From Cytophagaceae bacterium (GTDB taxonomy: Bacteria > Bacteroidota > Bacteroidia > Cytophagales > Spirosomataceae): a stretch of DNA of 59,369 nucleotides. Where the stretch lies: contig CANHXO010000001.1 in NCBI GenBank assembly GCA_947464595.1, positions 1 through 59,369 of the forward strand, given 5' to 3'. A program made the translations under genes and the position numbers. Position 1 is the stretch's first letter. The number at the start of each line of letters is the position of its first letter. Below are positions 50,609 through 59,369 of this stretch, piece by piece. The notes below the pieces were generated by a model. The model did not search any database and was not told where the DNA came from. It saw only the letters and a program-made list of their open reading frames with translations.

Positions 50609-52039
50609 ATGAAAAAAATAATTTACACATCAGCTATTTTATTGATGAATTGGTTGGCATCCGCTCAAAATATTTCGGTTATTGATCCTATACCAAGCAA
50701 AAAACAATTAGAGTGGCAGGCATTAGAATATTATGGATTTATTCATTTCAACATGAATACGTTTACAAATTTAGAATGGGGAGAAGGTCAAGAAAATCCT
50801 TTAAATTTTAATCCCACAAATTTGGATTGCAATCAATGGGCTAGAATCGCCAAAAATGCAGGTATGAAAGGGTTAATATTAACAGTAAAGCATCATGATG
50901 GCTTTGCATTATACCCATCAAAATATACAAAACACACTGTTGCAAAATCAAAATGGAAAAATGGAAAAGGTGATGTTGTCAAGGAGCTATCTGAAGCATG
51001 CAAAAAGAATGGTATAAAATTGGGAATTTATCTTTCTCCTTGGGATAGAAACCATCCCGATTATGGCACAGAAAAATATAATTTAATTTATGCAGAAATG
51101 CAGAAGGAATTATTAACTAATTACGGGCCTATTTTTGAATTTTGGTATGATGGAGCAAATGGAGAAGGGCCAAACGGAAAAAAACAAATATACAATTGGC
51201 CCTTGTTCAATAATACGGTGTTAAAATATCAGCCTAATGCCATTCAATTTTCTGATTCTGGTCCGGACATTCGTTGGGTCGGTAATGAACGCGGTTATGC
51301 CTATGATCAGACTTGGAGTCCAATCAATCGAGATGAAATTTATCCTGGTTTTCTAAAATTCGATCTATATCGAAATGGACAGCAAAATGGTACTCATTGG
51401 GTTGCACCTGAAGTAGATGTTTCTATTAGGCCAGGTTGGTATTACCATGCGGAGGAGGATTTGAAAGTGAAAACGCCTGATTCCTTAATGAAGATTTATG
51501 TAGCCTCAGTAGGTAGAAATTCCAATTTATTGTTAAATATACCTGTCGATCGAAGGGGCCTTATTCATCCTAATGACTCAACTTCAATGATGGGATTTAA
51601 ACAATTAAGAGATAAAGGATTAGTTAATTTATTAAATAAAAATGATCAGATTATTACCTCATCAAATCATACAAATAAATTTAGCACAGATTTGACAGAT
51701 CGAAATTCTAAAACCTTTTGGGCCGCTAAAAATTCTGATAAAATTCCAATGATTCGCATTAATTTACATACTCCTAAATTAATGAATGCGGTTTTAATTC
51801 AAGAACCAATATTTATGGGTCAAAGAATTATAGAGTTTAAAGTAAAGTTGACCGAAGAAAATGGTTCTACCCATGAAATGATTTGCCAAACGATAGGTAA
51901 CAAACGGATTATTTCCTTTAAACAAAGAAGTATAAAAAATCTTGAAATTGAATTTTTGAAATCTCGAGGTCAAGTGTTGATTTCAAACGTAGAGTTATTA
52001 AACCTTATTTCAACACGTAACGAACCGCTTTACCAGTAA
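50609..52039 (+). CDS. Alpha-L-fucosidase (GH29) with C-terminal F5/8-type domain
   Basis: FIHFNMNTF, KHHDGF, YLSPWDRN, EFWYDGANG, EVDVSIRPGWYYH, SVGRNSNLLLN. Signal peptide from ATG 50609. Confidence 0.93.
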   Translation: MKKIIYTSAILLMNWLASAQNISVIDPIPSKKQLEWQALEYYGFIHFNMNTFTNLEWGEGQENPLNFNPTNLDCNQWARIAKNAGMKGLILTVKHHDGFALYPSKYTKHTVAKSKWKNGKGDVVKELSEACKKNGIKLGIYLSPWDRNHPDYGTEKYNLIYAEMQKELLTNYGPIFEFWYDGANGEGPNGKKQIYNWPLFNNTVLKYQPNAIQFSDSGPDIRWVGNERGYAYDQTWSPINRDEIYPGFLKFDLYRNGQQNGTHWVAPEVDVSIRPGWYYHAEEDLKVKTPDSLMKIYVASVGRNSNLLLNIPVDRRGLIHPNDSTSMMGFKQLRDKGLVNLLNKNDQIITSSNHTNKFSTDLTDRNSKTFWAAKNSDKIPMIRINLHTPKLMNAVLIQEPIFMGQRIIEFKVKLTEENGSTHEMICQTIGNKRIISFKQRSIKNLEIEFLKSRGQVLISNVELLNLISTRNEPLYQ

Positions 52040-52463
52040 AAGTATATCCTGTCGTTGTTGCAGTACTAAAAACTTGATATTTAACATCAATCAGCGCACT
52101 AGCTCCTAGTACTAGAGCAGATTCAATCATTTTATTTAAAAGATTTTGTTTTTCTGTTTGATGGTTTCCCCTGTAAAGCATTTTACCATTTTGAGTTTGT
52201 TTTTCACCAAGTGGAATTTCTTGTGTTAATGTAAGGGATTCTATAACTTCAAATGTCTGTTTAGGTGTTTCATTAAAATAGACTATATCTATTTCATATT
52301 TACGCGGAATTTCAAAACCTAGACCATCATGCCTTTCAGTTGACCCATCTTTATAATTAGGGCTATAATATGTACTTTGCTTTAGTTGGTTTTTACAAGA
52401 AAACGATAAACTAATAACACATAAAAGGGATAGAAATTGAAAACTATATGGTTTCTGAGTCAT
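52005..52463 (-). CDS. Hypothetical lipoprotein (YbjQ/heavy-metal-binding-like C-terminus)
   Basis: Lipobox-like SFSC; A..LGA.A.I.V and GKAVRY pattern. Confidence 0.6.
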   Translation of the reverse strand: MTQKPYSFQFLSLLCVISLSFSCKNQLKQSTYYSPNYKDGSTERHDGLGFEIPRKYEIDIVYFNETPKQTFEVIESLTLTQEIPLGEKQTQNGKMLYRGNHQTEKQNLLNKMIESALVLGASALIDVKYQVFSTATTTGYTFTGKAVRYVLK

Positions 52464-52746
52464 AAATAATTACTTTTTCCCAAAGATGGGCACAATTTTT
52501 AATGAATTCTAAATGTTCAGGTGCTACTTGATAAAAATCATGTCCTGCTTCATCTTCAAAAGATGTTAATAAACAATAACTATATGAACGATCTATCACA
52601 GGACGATCTGTCTTTGCAGGTATACCCACATTAAATGTAACGATGGTCTTAATCTGTGACAATAACTTAACCTCTTTCTCGAAAAGATTAATTTCTTCAG
52701 TATTTAAAGACTTTTTTAGCCAAAAATTTACAACGTGAACAAACAT
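52444..52746 (-). CDS. Dabb family (stress-responsive A/B barrel) protein
   Basis: HVVNFWLK, YQVAPEH..F. Confidence 0.85.
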   Translation of the reverse strand: MFVHVVNFWLKKSLNTEEINLFEKEVKLLSQIKTIVTFNVGIPAKTDRPVIDRSYSYCLLTSFEDEAGHDFYQVAPEHLEFIKNCAHLWEKVIIYDSETI

Positions 52747-52748
52747 AT

Positions 52749-53645
52749 TTATATCAATTTTTCTAGTTTACAACGGTTTACTAACTTATTTCTTAAATCT
52801 TCTGACCCTACAGCTAAAGGTCTTCTAACCTGTGCTTGCATTAAACCTAAATTTTCAAGAATTAACTTTACTCCTACTGGGTTCCCTTCTTCATATAAAA
52901 AAGGATCAATTGCTAAAAAATGACCCAATATTTTTTGAGCTGATACGAAATCCCCTTTCAAGGCATGATGAATCATTTCAGAAAATTTCTTCGGTAATGC
53001 ATTAGCAATTACTGACATCACTCCTACGCCACCGATAGAAATGATGGGTACTGCTTGTACATCATCTCCAGATATTAATAAAAAGTCTTTAGGTTTATGG
53101 AATGCGATTTCAATACACTGCTCTATCACGCAAGAAGCTTCCTTAATTCCAATGATGTTAGGATGTTCTGCTAATCTTAAAACGGTTTCAGGAGATAAAT
53201 TAATTCCTGTTCTACCAGGTATATTATATAAAATAACAGGTACGGGACAAGAATCAGCTATTCCTGTAAAATGATCGATCACACCCCTTGAACTAGGTTT
53301 GTTATAGTAGGGTGCAACAGATAAAATTGCATCAATACCATCAAATGTCGTGTTTTTTATTTGGGATAATAAAGAAACTGTGTCATTTCCCCCAATTCCA
53401 TATACGATAGGTAAATGATCCGAATTTGATTCTTTGATTGTTTCTATGATTTTTTTCTTCTCATCAGAAGTCGTTGTGGCGGATTCACCAGTAGTACCTT
53501 GAACTACTAAATAATCCACACCACCTTGGCTAACATGATTGATTAACGATTTAAGGGCTTTCCAATCTATACTTCTATCTTGAAGCATGGGAGTAACCAA
53601 AGCAGGCGCAACTCCATGGAATTTCGGTAATTGATTAATTTGCAT
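52749..53645 (-). CDS. dapA: 4-hydroxy-tetrahydrodipicolinate synthase
   Basis: GTTGES, PYYNKP, LYNIPGRTG, IGIKEAS, NPVGVK. Confidence 0.95.
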   Translation of the reverse strand: MQINQLPKFHGVAPALVTPMLQDRSIDWKALKSLINHVSQGGVDYLVVQGTTGESATTTSDEKKKIIETIKESNSDHLPIVYGIGGNDTVSLLSQIKNTTFDGIDAILSVAPYYNKPSSRGVIDHFTGIADSCPVPVILYNIPGRTGINLSPETVLRLAEHPNIIGIKEASCVIEQCIEIAFHKPKDFLLISGDDVQAVPIISIGGVGVMSVIANALPKKFSEMIHHALKGDFVSAQKILGHFLAIDPFLYEEGNPVGVKLILENLGLMQAQVRRPLAVGSEDLRNKLVNRCKLEKLI

Positions 53646-55647
53646 ATTTGTTAAGAAGATTTATAAACTCTTCTTCATTTATAATTTTGATAGATAATTG
53701 ATTCGCCTTTTCTAATTTTGATGGCCCCATGTTATCACCAGCAATTAAATAATCTAATTTAGCTGATATACTAGATACTACTTTCCCTCCGTTCAAAACA
53801 ATTTTATCTTTTAATCCATCACGATCAAAATTCTGAAAAACACCTGAAATTACGAAACTTTTACCTTCTAAACTTGTACTTTCTTGTTCTAGTTCTGAAA
53901 TTTCTTCACTTAACTGTACGCTAGAAGAATGTAAACGTTCAATGAATTCAAGATTTTCAGTTTTACTGAAATATGAGATTATGCTTAAAGCTATTCTATC
54001 TCCAATTTCTGGAACGGCAATTAATTCTTCATAACTAGCTGACATTATATTTCTTATCGATTTAAATTCGATGACTAATTTTTCAGCAATGGTAGCTCCG
54101 ACATGTCTTATACCTAAACCAAATAAAACCTTACGGAATGGAATAGTTTTAGATTGTTCAACAGAGTTTAGTATGTTTTGAATAGATTTTGATTGAAAAC
54201 CCTCTAGCCCTATAAAATCTAAACTTGTAAGTGAATACAAATCGCTGGCATCCTTAATTAGTGATTTTTCGAAGAGTAGATCTATAGTTTCTACACCTAA
54301 ATTTTCAATGTTTAAAGCTTTTCGTTGAATAAAATGTTCAATTTTCCCTTTTATTTGAGTGGGACATTTTGAATCATTCATGCAATAATGATTGGCTTCC
54401 CCTTCCACTCGAACTAATTCACTTTGACAATCAGGACAATTTGTTGGAAAAGCAAATTTTGTCTTTTCAGGTTTTCTGAGCGACATGTCCACACCTGTTA
54501 TTTTCGGTATTATTTCTCCCCCCTTTTCAACTAATACGGTATCCCCTTCATGTAAATCTAAACGATTCATTTCATTGGCATTATGTATTGAAGCTCGTTT
54601 AATCATTGTACCTGCCAAATAAACAGGATTTAAATTGGCCACAGGTGTTATGTTACCCGTTCTACCTACTTGATAAGATATGCTTAATATTTCAGTCTTA
54701 GCTATTTCTGATGGGTATTTAAAAGATATAGCCCACCTTGGCGATTTTGCTGTAAATCCTAGTCTTTCTTGTTGGCCAAAATCATTAATCTTAATGACGA
54801 TACCATCTGTGTTAAGAGGTAAGTCATTTCTTACAAATGCCCATTTTTCAATATAAGCAAGTACTGATTCAATATTGGTGCATTTTTCCCATGTTGGACT
54901 TATTGGAAATCCTAATTCGGTTAACTTTAGTAGACTCTCTTCATGGGTTTGAAATGGATTATCAAATCCTAAATAGGCATAAATAAAACAATCTAAATTC
55001 CGCTGTGCAACCACAGATGAGTCTTGCATTTTAAAAGTGCCTGAAGCTGAATTTCTAGGATTAGCTAACAAAGGTTCACCGGATAAAATTCGATCCTGGT
55101 TAATTTGTTCAAATATATGATTGGGCATAAAGCCTTCTCCTCTTAATTCAAATTCAAAAGGAAGTGATGTATCAGCAATGTAATGAGGAATTGATTTAAT
55201 TGTTTTTACATTATTTGTAATATCATCTCCCCTAGTTCCATCTCCACGAGTCACACCTTTTATTAATTTTCCGTTTTCATACCAAAAAGAAAGTGCGACT
55301 CCGTCAAACTTTAATTCACATATGTATTCATATTTTTCATCTCCCAATACTTTTTTTATGCGCGAATCAAACTCTTTTAAATCATTTTCGTTATACGTAT
55401 TTCCCAATGATAACATCGGGAAACGATGATTTACACTTTTAAATTGTTTGGTGATAGTACCGCCTACTTTTTTGGTAGGACTATCGGATAAAACAAATAG
55501 TGGATTTTCATCTTCCAGCTTTTGTAACTCATTAAGAAGTTGGTCAAAGTCATAATCAGAAATTAGACTTTCGTTTTTTTGATAGTAAGCTTCATTATAC
55601 TTATTAATTAGATTAATAAGTTCATCCATTCGTTTTCTAATATCCAT
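53635..55647 (-). CDS. ligA: NAD-dependent DNA ligase
   Basis: ELKFDG, TRGDG, ANPRN, Zn finger CPDC...C...C, C-terminal BRCT. Confidence 0.98.
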   Translation of the reverse strand: MDIRKRMDELINLINKYNEAYYQKNESLISDYDFDQLLNELQKLEDENPLFVLSDSPTKKVGGTITKQFKSVNHRFPMLSLGNTYNENDLKEFDSRIKKVLGDEKYEYICELKFDGVALSFWYENGKLIKGVTRGDGTRGDDITNNVKTIKSIPHYIADTSLPFEFELRGEGFMPNHIFEQINQDRILSGEPLLANPRNSASGTFKMQDSSVVAQRNLDCFIYAYLGFDNPFQTHEESLLKLTELGFPISPTWEKCTNIESVLAYIEKWAFVRNDLPLNTDGIVIKINDFGQQERLGFTAKSPRWAISFKYPSEIAKTEILSISYQVGRTGNITPVANLNPVYLAGTMIKRASIHNANEMNRLDLHEGDTVLVEKGGEIIPKITGVDMSLRKPEKTKFAFPTNCPDCQSELVRVEGEANHYCMNDSKCPTQIKGKIEHFIQRKALNIENLGVETIDLLFEKSLIKDASDLYSLTSLDFIGLEGFQSKSIQNILNSVEQSKTIPFRKVLFGLGIRHVGATIAEKLVIEFKSIRNIMSASYEELIAVPEIGDRIALSIISYFSKTENLEFIERLHSSSVQLSEEISELEQESTSLEGKSFVISGVFQNFDRDGLKDKIVLNGGKVVSSISAKLDYLIAGDNMGPSKLEKANQLSIKIINEEEFINLLNKYAN

Positions 55648-55715
55648 ATTAAAAAATATATTTTATAAAGTTAATGGGAATACCAATAGAAATATACCTT
55701 AGTAAATAATTTTCA

Positions 55716-55723
55716 TACCTTTG
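55716..55723 (+). promoter_or_regulatory. -7 element (TACCTTTG) for rpe
   Basis: TAnnTTTG match ending 4 nt before the ATG. Confidence 0.5.
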
Positions 55724-55727
55724 TATT

Positions 55728-56390
55728 ATGGAAAAATTGATCATAGCCCCATCCGTATTATCTGCTGATTTCTCAAAATTAGGCTCTGAAATAGCTATGT
55801 TAAATGAATCAGAGGCACAATGGATACATATTGATATCATGGATGGAATGTTTGTTCCTAACATTTCATTTGGATTTCCAGTGCTTGAAGCAATAAACAA
55901 AAAATCAGAAAAGTTTTTAGATGTGCATTTAATGATCGAAAAACCAGATCGATATTTAACTCAATTTAAAGATGCGGGGGCTAATCTAATTACGGTTCAT
56001 TATGAGGCTTGTACCCATGTTCATAGAACTATTCAAGAAATAAGATCCTTAGGATGCCAAGTAGGGATTGCCATTAATCCAGGAACCCCGGTATCAGTTT
56101 TGAATGAGGTTATTGATTTGATCGATTTAGTTTTAATTATGTCTGTGAATCCTGGATTTGGAGGACAAGAATTCATATTAAATAGTATTCAGAAAACAAA
56201 AGAAGTTAAAGCTTTAGCCGAAAAACACGGTAATAAAAATATAAAGATTGAGATTGATGGTGGGGTAACGGATTTAAACGCCCATGAATTAATTTCAGCT
56301 GGTGCCAATGTATTGGTCGCTGGAAATTTTGTCTTTAAGTCCACAAATCCAAAATTAACTATTTCAGACTTATTAAAATTAGGTGAATAA
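55728..56390 (+). CDS. rpe: Ribulose-phosphate 3-epimerase
   Basis: IAPSVLSADF, HIDIMDG, DVHLMI, MSVNPGFGGQ, IEIDGG. Confidence 0.98.
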   Translation: MEKLIIAPSVLSADFSKLGSEIAMLNESEAQWIHIDIMDGMFVPNISFGFPVLEAINKKSEKFLDVHLMIEKPDRYLTQFKDAGANLITVHYEACTHVHRTIQEIRSLGCQVGIAINPGTPVSVLNEVIDLIDLVLIMSVNPGFGGQEFILNSIQKTKEVKALAEKHGNKNIKIEIDGGVTDLNAHELISAGANVLVAGNFVFKSTNPKLTISDLLKLGE

Positions 56391-56397
56391 AGTATAA

Positions 56398-58425
56398 ATG
56401 AATTTTATAAAAATATTTTTTTTATTCTTTTTCTGCTTGTTCCTAGAATTTAAAAGTTCAGCTCAAAAAATACAATGGGCATCTAAGTTAATTTCAGTAT
56501 CAAGTGAATATGCTGATCCATTATTGGGTAATGAATTTAAAGCTATTCATGCGCTTGGTAGACCCAGTAAATATCCGAAGTTTTCGAATAGTCCTAGTTC
56601 TTGGCAATCTTTAACCCCTGACAATCCCAGCGGGGAATATATTATTGTCGCTTTCGATACAATTCAATATGTCAAACAGGTTGCAATATTTGAAAATTTT
56701 GGTGCAGGAAGTATCGTAAAGGTAGATGCATTAGATGAAAATAATAAGATTTACAATTTGAAGGAATTTGCCAGTGGTTATGCAAAAAGTAGTGGCCAAA
56801 TTACTTATGTGAATTTATCAAAACCTACTTCATTTAAGGTAAGGGCGATCAAAATTTCTTTGAATTCTAATCGAGTTGTTGGATTTTCTCAAATTGATGC
56901 GATAGCAATTTCAGAATCAGATGTTCCCATTGAAGAAAGCATAAAATTACGTGATGAGCCTAATGCTACTTATTTTAAAGAAAATATGGGTTCTACTATC
57001 AATTCAATTCACAATGAAATATGTCCCGTTGTAAGTCCAGACGGTAAAAAATTATATTTTACCCGATGGAAACATCCTGATAATTTGGGCAAAGACAAAA
57101 ATCAAGACATTTGGTTTTCTAGATTAAAAGATGATAAAACCTGGAGTAAAGCTGAATTATTTAGTCGGCCTATCAATAATGAAGAAAATAATGCAGTTTG
57201 TGGGATTTCGTTAAATGGGAAAACGATTTTATTAAATAATGTTTATGGGAAAGACGGAAAAATGGAAAAAGGAGTTTCGGTATCTTATTTACTTAGAACA
57301 GGTGATTTTAGCTTTCCAAAGCCCCTTCAAATTCTGAATTTTAAAAACAAATCAGAGTTTTCAGAATATACGTTAGCCCCAAATGGAAAAGTTTTATTAA
57401 TGACTACCGAAATGAAAAATTCTTATGGGGGTAAGGATATTTATGTTTCATTTCTAAGATCGGATGATAAATGGTCAGAACCTAAAAATATAGGAAATAG
57501 CGTTAATACGGGTGAATCTGAAAGTACCCCATTTATTGCTCCTGATGGAGTAACTATGTATTTTTCTTCCAGTGGTCATGTAGGTTATGGAAGTAATGAT
57601 ATTTTTTTAACTCGACGTTTAGATGATAGTTGGTTAAATTGGTCGGCACCTGAAAATCTTGGCCCCATTATTAATACGCCTCAATGGGATGGTTATTTTT
57701 CAGTAGCTGCACAAGGTGATTATGCATATTTCAGTTCGGTTGAAAATTCTATTGGCGCCGAAGATATTTATCGAATAAAAATACCACCTAAGATAAAACC
57801 CTTAACATTGATCCAATTTTCAGGTAAATTGTATAATGATGAAACCAGAGAATTAATCGAAGGTAAAATACTCGTTAAATCAGTATCTACCATGGATTCT
57901 TTATTATTAGAATTTGATCCTTATAATGGGGATTTTGAATTCATGTGGCCCTCAAAATACCCGTTTACAATGGAGGTTAAATCAAAAGGATTTATTTCTA
58001 AAGTTGAGCGGTTCAATTATACAAAAGAAGCATTTTACAAAACCATCACAAAGAATTTTAATCTATTACCTTTGCGCTTAGATAAGCAATATAATTTACC
58101 TATTATAAATTTTGAGCAAAGTAAATTTGAAATTTCACCAGATTCATATGATGAATTAAATAATATCGTGAATGTTTTAAAAGAAAATATTGATTATGGT
58201 ATTTTGTTAGAAGGTCATACTGACAATCAAGGTGATTGGAACGAAAACTTAAAATTGTCACTAAACCGTGTGGAGAGTGTTAGAGATTATTTAGTGATGA
58301 AAGGAATAAATAAAGACAGAATCCAGATCAAAGGTTGGGGAGGTATTAAACCCTTAAAGAATAATATGAATGAAAACAGGCGTAAGTTTAACAGAAGAGT
58401 AGAATTTACTTTATTTGCCTTGTAA
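56398..58425 (+). CDS. OmpA-family protein with PD40/WD40-like propeller (PorE-like architecture)
   Basis: Signal peptide; PVVSPDGK, PFIAPDG..YFSS.G..GYG..DI repeats; C-terminal EGHTD...LS..R...NRRVEF. Confidence 0.88.
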   Translation: MNFIKIFFLFFFCLFLEFKSSAQKIQWASKLISVSSEYADPLLGNEFKAIHALGRPSKYPKFSNSPSSWQSLTPDNPSGEYIIVAFDTIQYVKQVAIFENFGAGSIVKVDALDENNKIYNLKEFASGYAKSSGQITYVNLSKPTSFKVRAIKISLNSNRVVGFSQIDAIAISESDVPIEESIKLRDEPNATYFKENMGSTINSIHNEICPVVSPDGKKLYFTRWKHPDNLGKDKNQDIWFSRLKDDKTWSKAELFSRPINNEENNAVCGISLNGKTILLNNVYGKDGKMEKGVSVSYLLRTGDFSFPKPLQILNFKNKSEFSEYTLAPNGKVLLMTTEMKNSYGGKDIYVSFLRSDDKWSEPKNIGNSVNTGESESTPFIAPDGVTMYFSSSGHVGYGSNDIFLTRRLDDSWLNWSAPENLGPIINTPQWDGYFSVAAQGDYAYFSSVENSIGAEDIYRIKIPPKIKPLTLIQFSGKLYNDETRELIEGKILVKSVSTMDSLLLEFDPYNGDFEFMWPSKYPFTMEVKSKGFISKVERFNYTKEAFYKTITKNFNLLPLRLDKQYNLPIINFEQSKFEISPDSYDELNNIVNVLKENIDYGILLEGHTDNQGDWNENLKLSLNRVESVRDYLVMKGINKDRIQIKGWGGIKPLKNNMNENRRKFNRRVEFTLFAL

Positions 58426-59369
58426 TGACCAAATTATCAACGGATATATATTTCAAGCAATTAAATGGAATTCGGTTCATTGCCGTGTTCCTAGTCTTAT
58501 TGGATCATTGGCTTGTGCCAATTCTTCCCATCCCCTTGGGTCACCTTGGCGTAGTGATATTTTTTGTGTTAAGTGGTTTTTTAATAACCAGAATTTTATT
58601 TTTAAGCGCTGATGAAATACATGAAACGAAATCTAGTGCCTGGCCTAAAATTATTCGTTTTATCTACCGTAGGTCTTTGCGTATTTTTCCTATATATTTT
58701 ATTCTTTTGTTTATAGGGCTCATTTTTAATATTTCTAATTTCAATGAGTTGTGGCCATGGTTGGTGTCTTATACACCTAATATATACATGATGATAAAAG
58801 GTCAATGGATGGGTACATGGGATCATTTGTGGTCATTGGCCGTTGAAGAACAGTATTATCTAATTTTTCCTTATTTTATACTTTTCTTTAATAAGAAAAA
58901 CTATTTACGCTTATTTATTATCATGATCATCATAGGTATTATGTCTAGATTATACTTTTATTTCTTTCAAACACATATAATGAAGGAAAATATGTATATG
59001 ATTAATGAGGTAAATACCATCAGTGTATTAGATACTTTTGGCATTGGTGGATTTTTAGCTTACTTATATCATTATAACCTAAACCTTTGTAAGAAATTGC
59101 TCCTGAATAGTTATATGACATTAATTACATTATTTATTTACATACTTTCATTATGTTTATCTTATTCCTCTGATTATAGTTATGATAATATATATTATAT
59201 TGTTTTAAGAACTATTTTAGCCTCTGTATTTTCTTTTTATTTAATCGGAAATTCAATTTTTTCTACAGGAAGTACAATGAATTTAATTCTTGAAAATAAA
59301 GTAATTGCATATTTAGGGTCAATATCTTACGGTATTTATTTGTACCATAATTTAGTTTATAATTATTAC
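58425..59369 (+). CDS. Acyltransferase_3 (OafA/YrhL-like) membrane O-acyltransferase, 3' truncated by window edge
   Basis: Not in the ORF track. ATG at 58425 reads MTKLSTDIYFKQLNGIRFIAV...HLGVVIFFVLSGFLIT...RRSLRIFPIY...HLWSLAVEEQYY...LGSISYGIYLYH to the window end. Confidence 0.9.
   Translation, partial: MTKLSTDIYFKQLNGIRFIAVFLVLLDHWLVPILPIPLGHLGVVIFFVLSGFLITRILFLSADEIHETKSSAWPKIIRFIYRRSLRIFPIYFILLFIGLIFNISNFNELWPWLVSYTPNIYMMIKGQWMGTWDHLWSLAVEEQYYLIFPYFILFFNKKNYLRLFIIMIIIGIMSRLYFYFFQTHIMKENMYMINEVNTISVLDTFGIGGFLAYLYHYNLNLCKKLLLNSYMTLITLFIYILSLCLSYSSDYSYDNIYYIVLRTILASVFSFYLIGNSIFSTGSTMNLILENKVIAYLGSISYGIYLYHNLVYNYY

Noticed and set aside
52005-52039. 35-nt 3' overlap of the convergent fucosidase and lipoprotein genes as a frameshift or pseudogene sign
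   Set aside because: Both proteins look complete, and short overlaps are common throughout this compact window.
52749-53645. DapA-family gene as a 2-keto-3-deoxy sugar aldolase of the fucose cluster
   Set aside because: It has canonical DHDPS motifs (GTTGES, YNIPGRTG) and lies in a ligA-dapA housekeeping operon.
1073-58826. Numerous 60-130 aa ORFs nested in or antisense to long genes (e.g. 2585..2968, 6414..6782, 38688..39059, 46636..46941, 58415..58612, 58602..58826)
   Set aside because: Shadow frames of well-supported genes, with no recognisable motifs.
1-59369. CRISPR arrays, tandem repeat arrays, tRNA/rRNA, IS elements, integrases, prophage or defence genes
   Set aside because: Intergenic gaps are all short (under ~240 nt) and I saw no regularly spaced direct repeats or cloverleafs. 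No ORF carries transposase, integrase, Cas, RT or nuclease motifs. This was checked by eye only.

Overview
AT-rich, very gene-dense bacterial chromosomal segment. It is almost certainly Bacteroidota, based on TAnnTTTG -7 promoter elements, DUF5686 proteins and a mitochondrial-type aconitase; it looks like a streamlined Cytophagales/Spirosomataceae-type organism (inference). About 51 CDS. Most are core genes: hppA, rplY, prs, aconitase, topA, folD, menB/menE, thrS-infC-rpmI-rplT, dnaK, dapA, ligA, rpe. A ~13.5 kb accessory block (38.6-52.0 kb) encodes a GH29 fucosidase, FucP, a mutarotase and an apparently complete non-phosphorylative L-fucose pathway with a UxaA-family dehydratase. It also carries unexplained enzymes: a secreted SGNH esterase, a D-threonine-aldolase-family PLP enzyme, an M19 dipeptidase, and a convergent IlvD/Edd dehydratase plus SDR. 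I saw no rRNA/tRNA, CRISPR array, transposase, integrase, prophage or defence system. Best candidates for new biology: a eukaryote-like DEGS/DES1 sphingolipid desaturase, an iscS-xdhC-DUF3050 unit, a metalloprotease/beta-propeller/Omp85-like outer-membrane protein with a TPR lipoprotein, the fucose-operon extension, and a sigma54-like promoter with an inverted repeat upstream of dnaK. All calls come from motif recognition by eye; no database searches were run.
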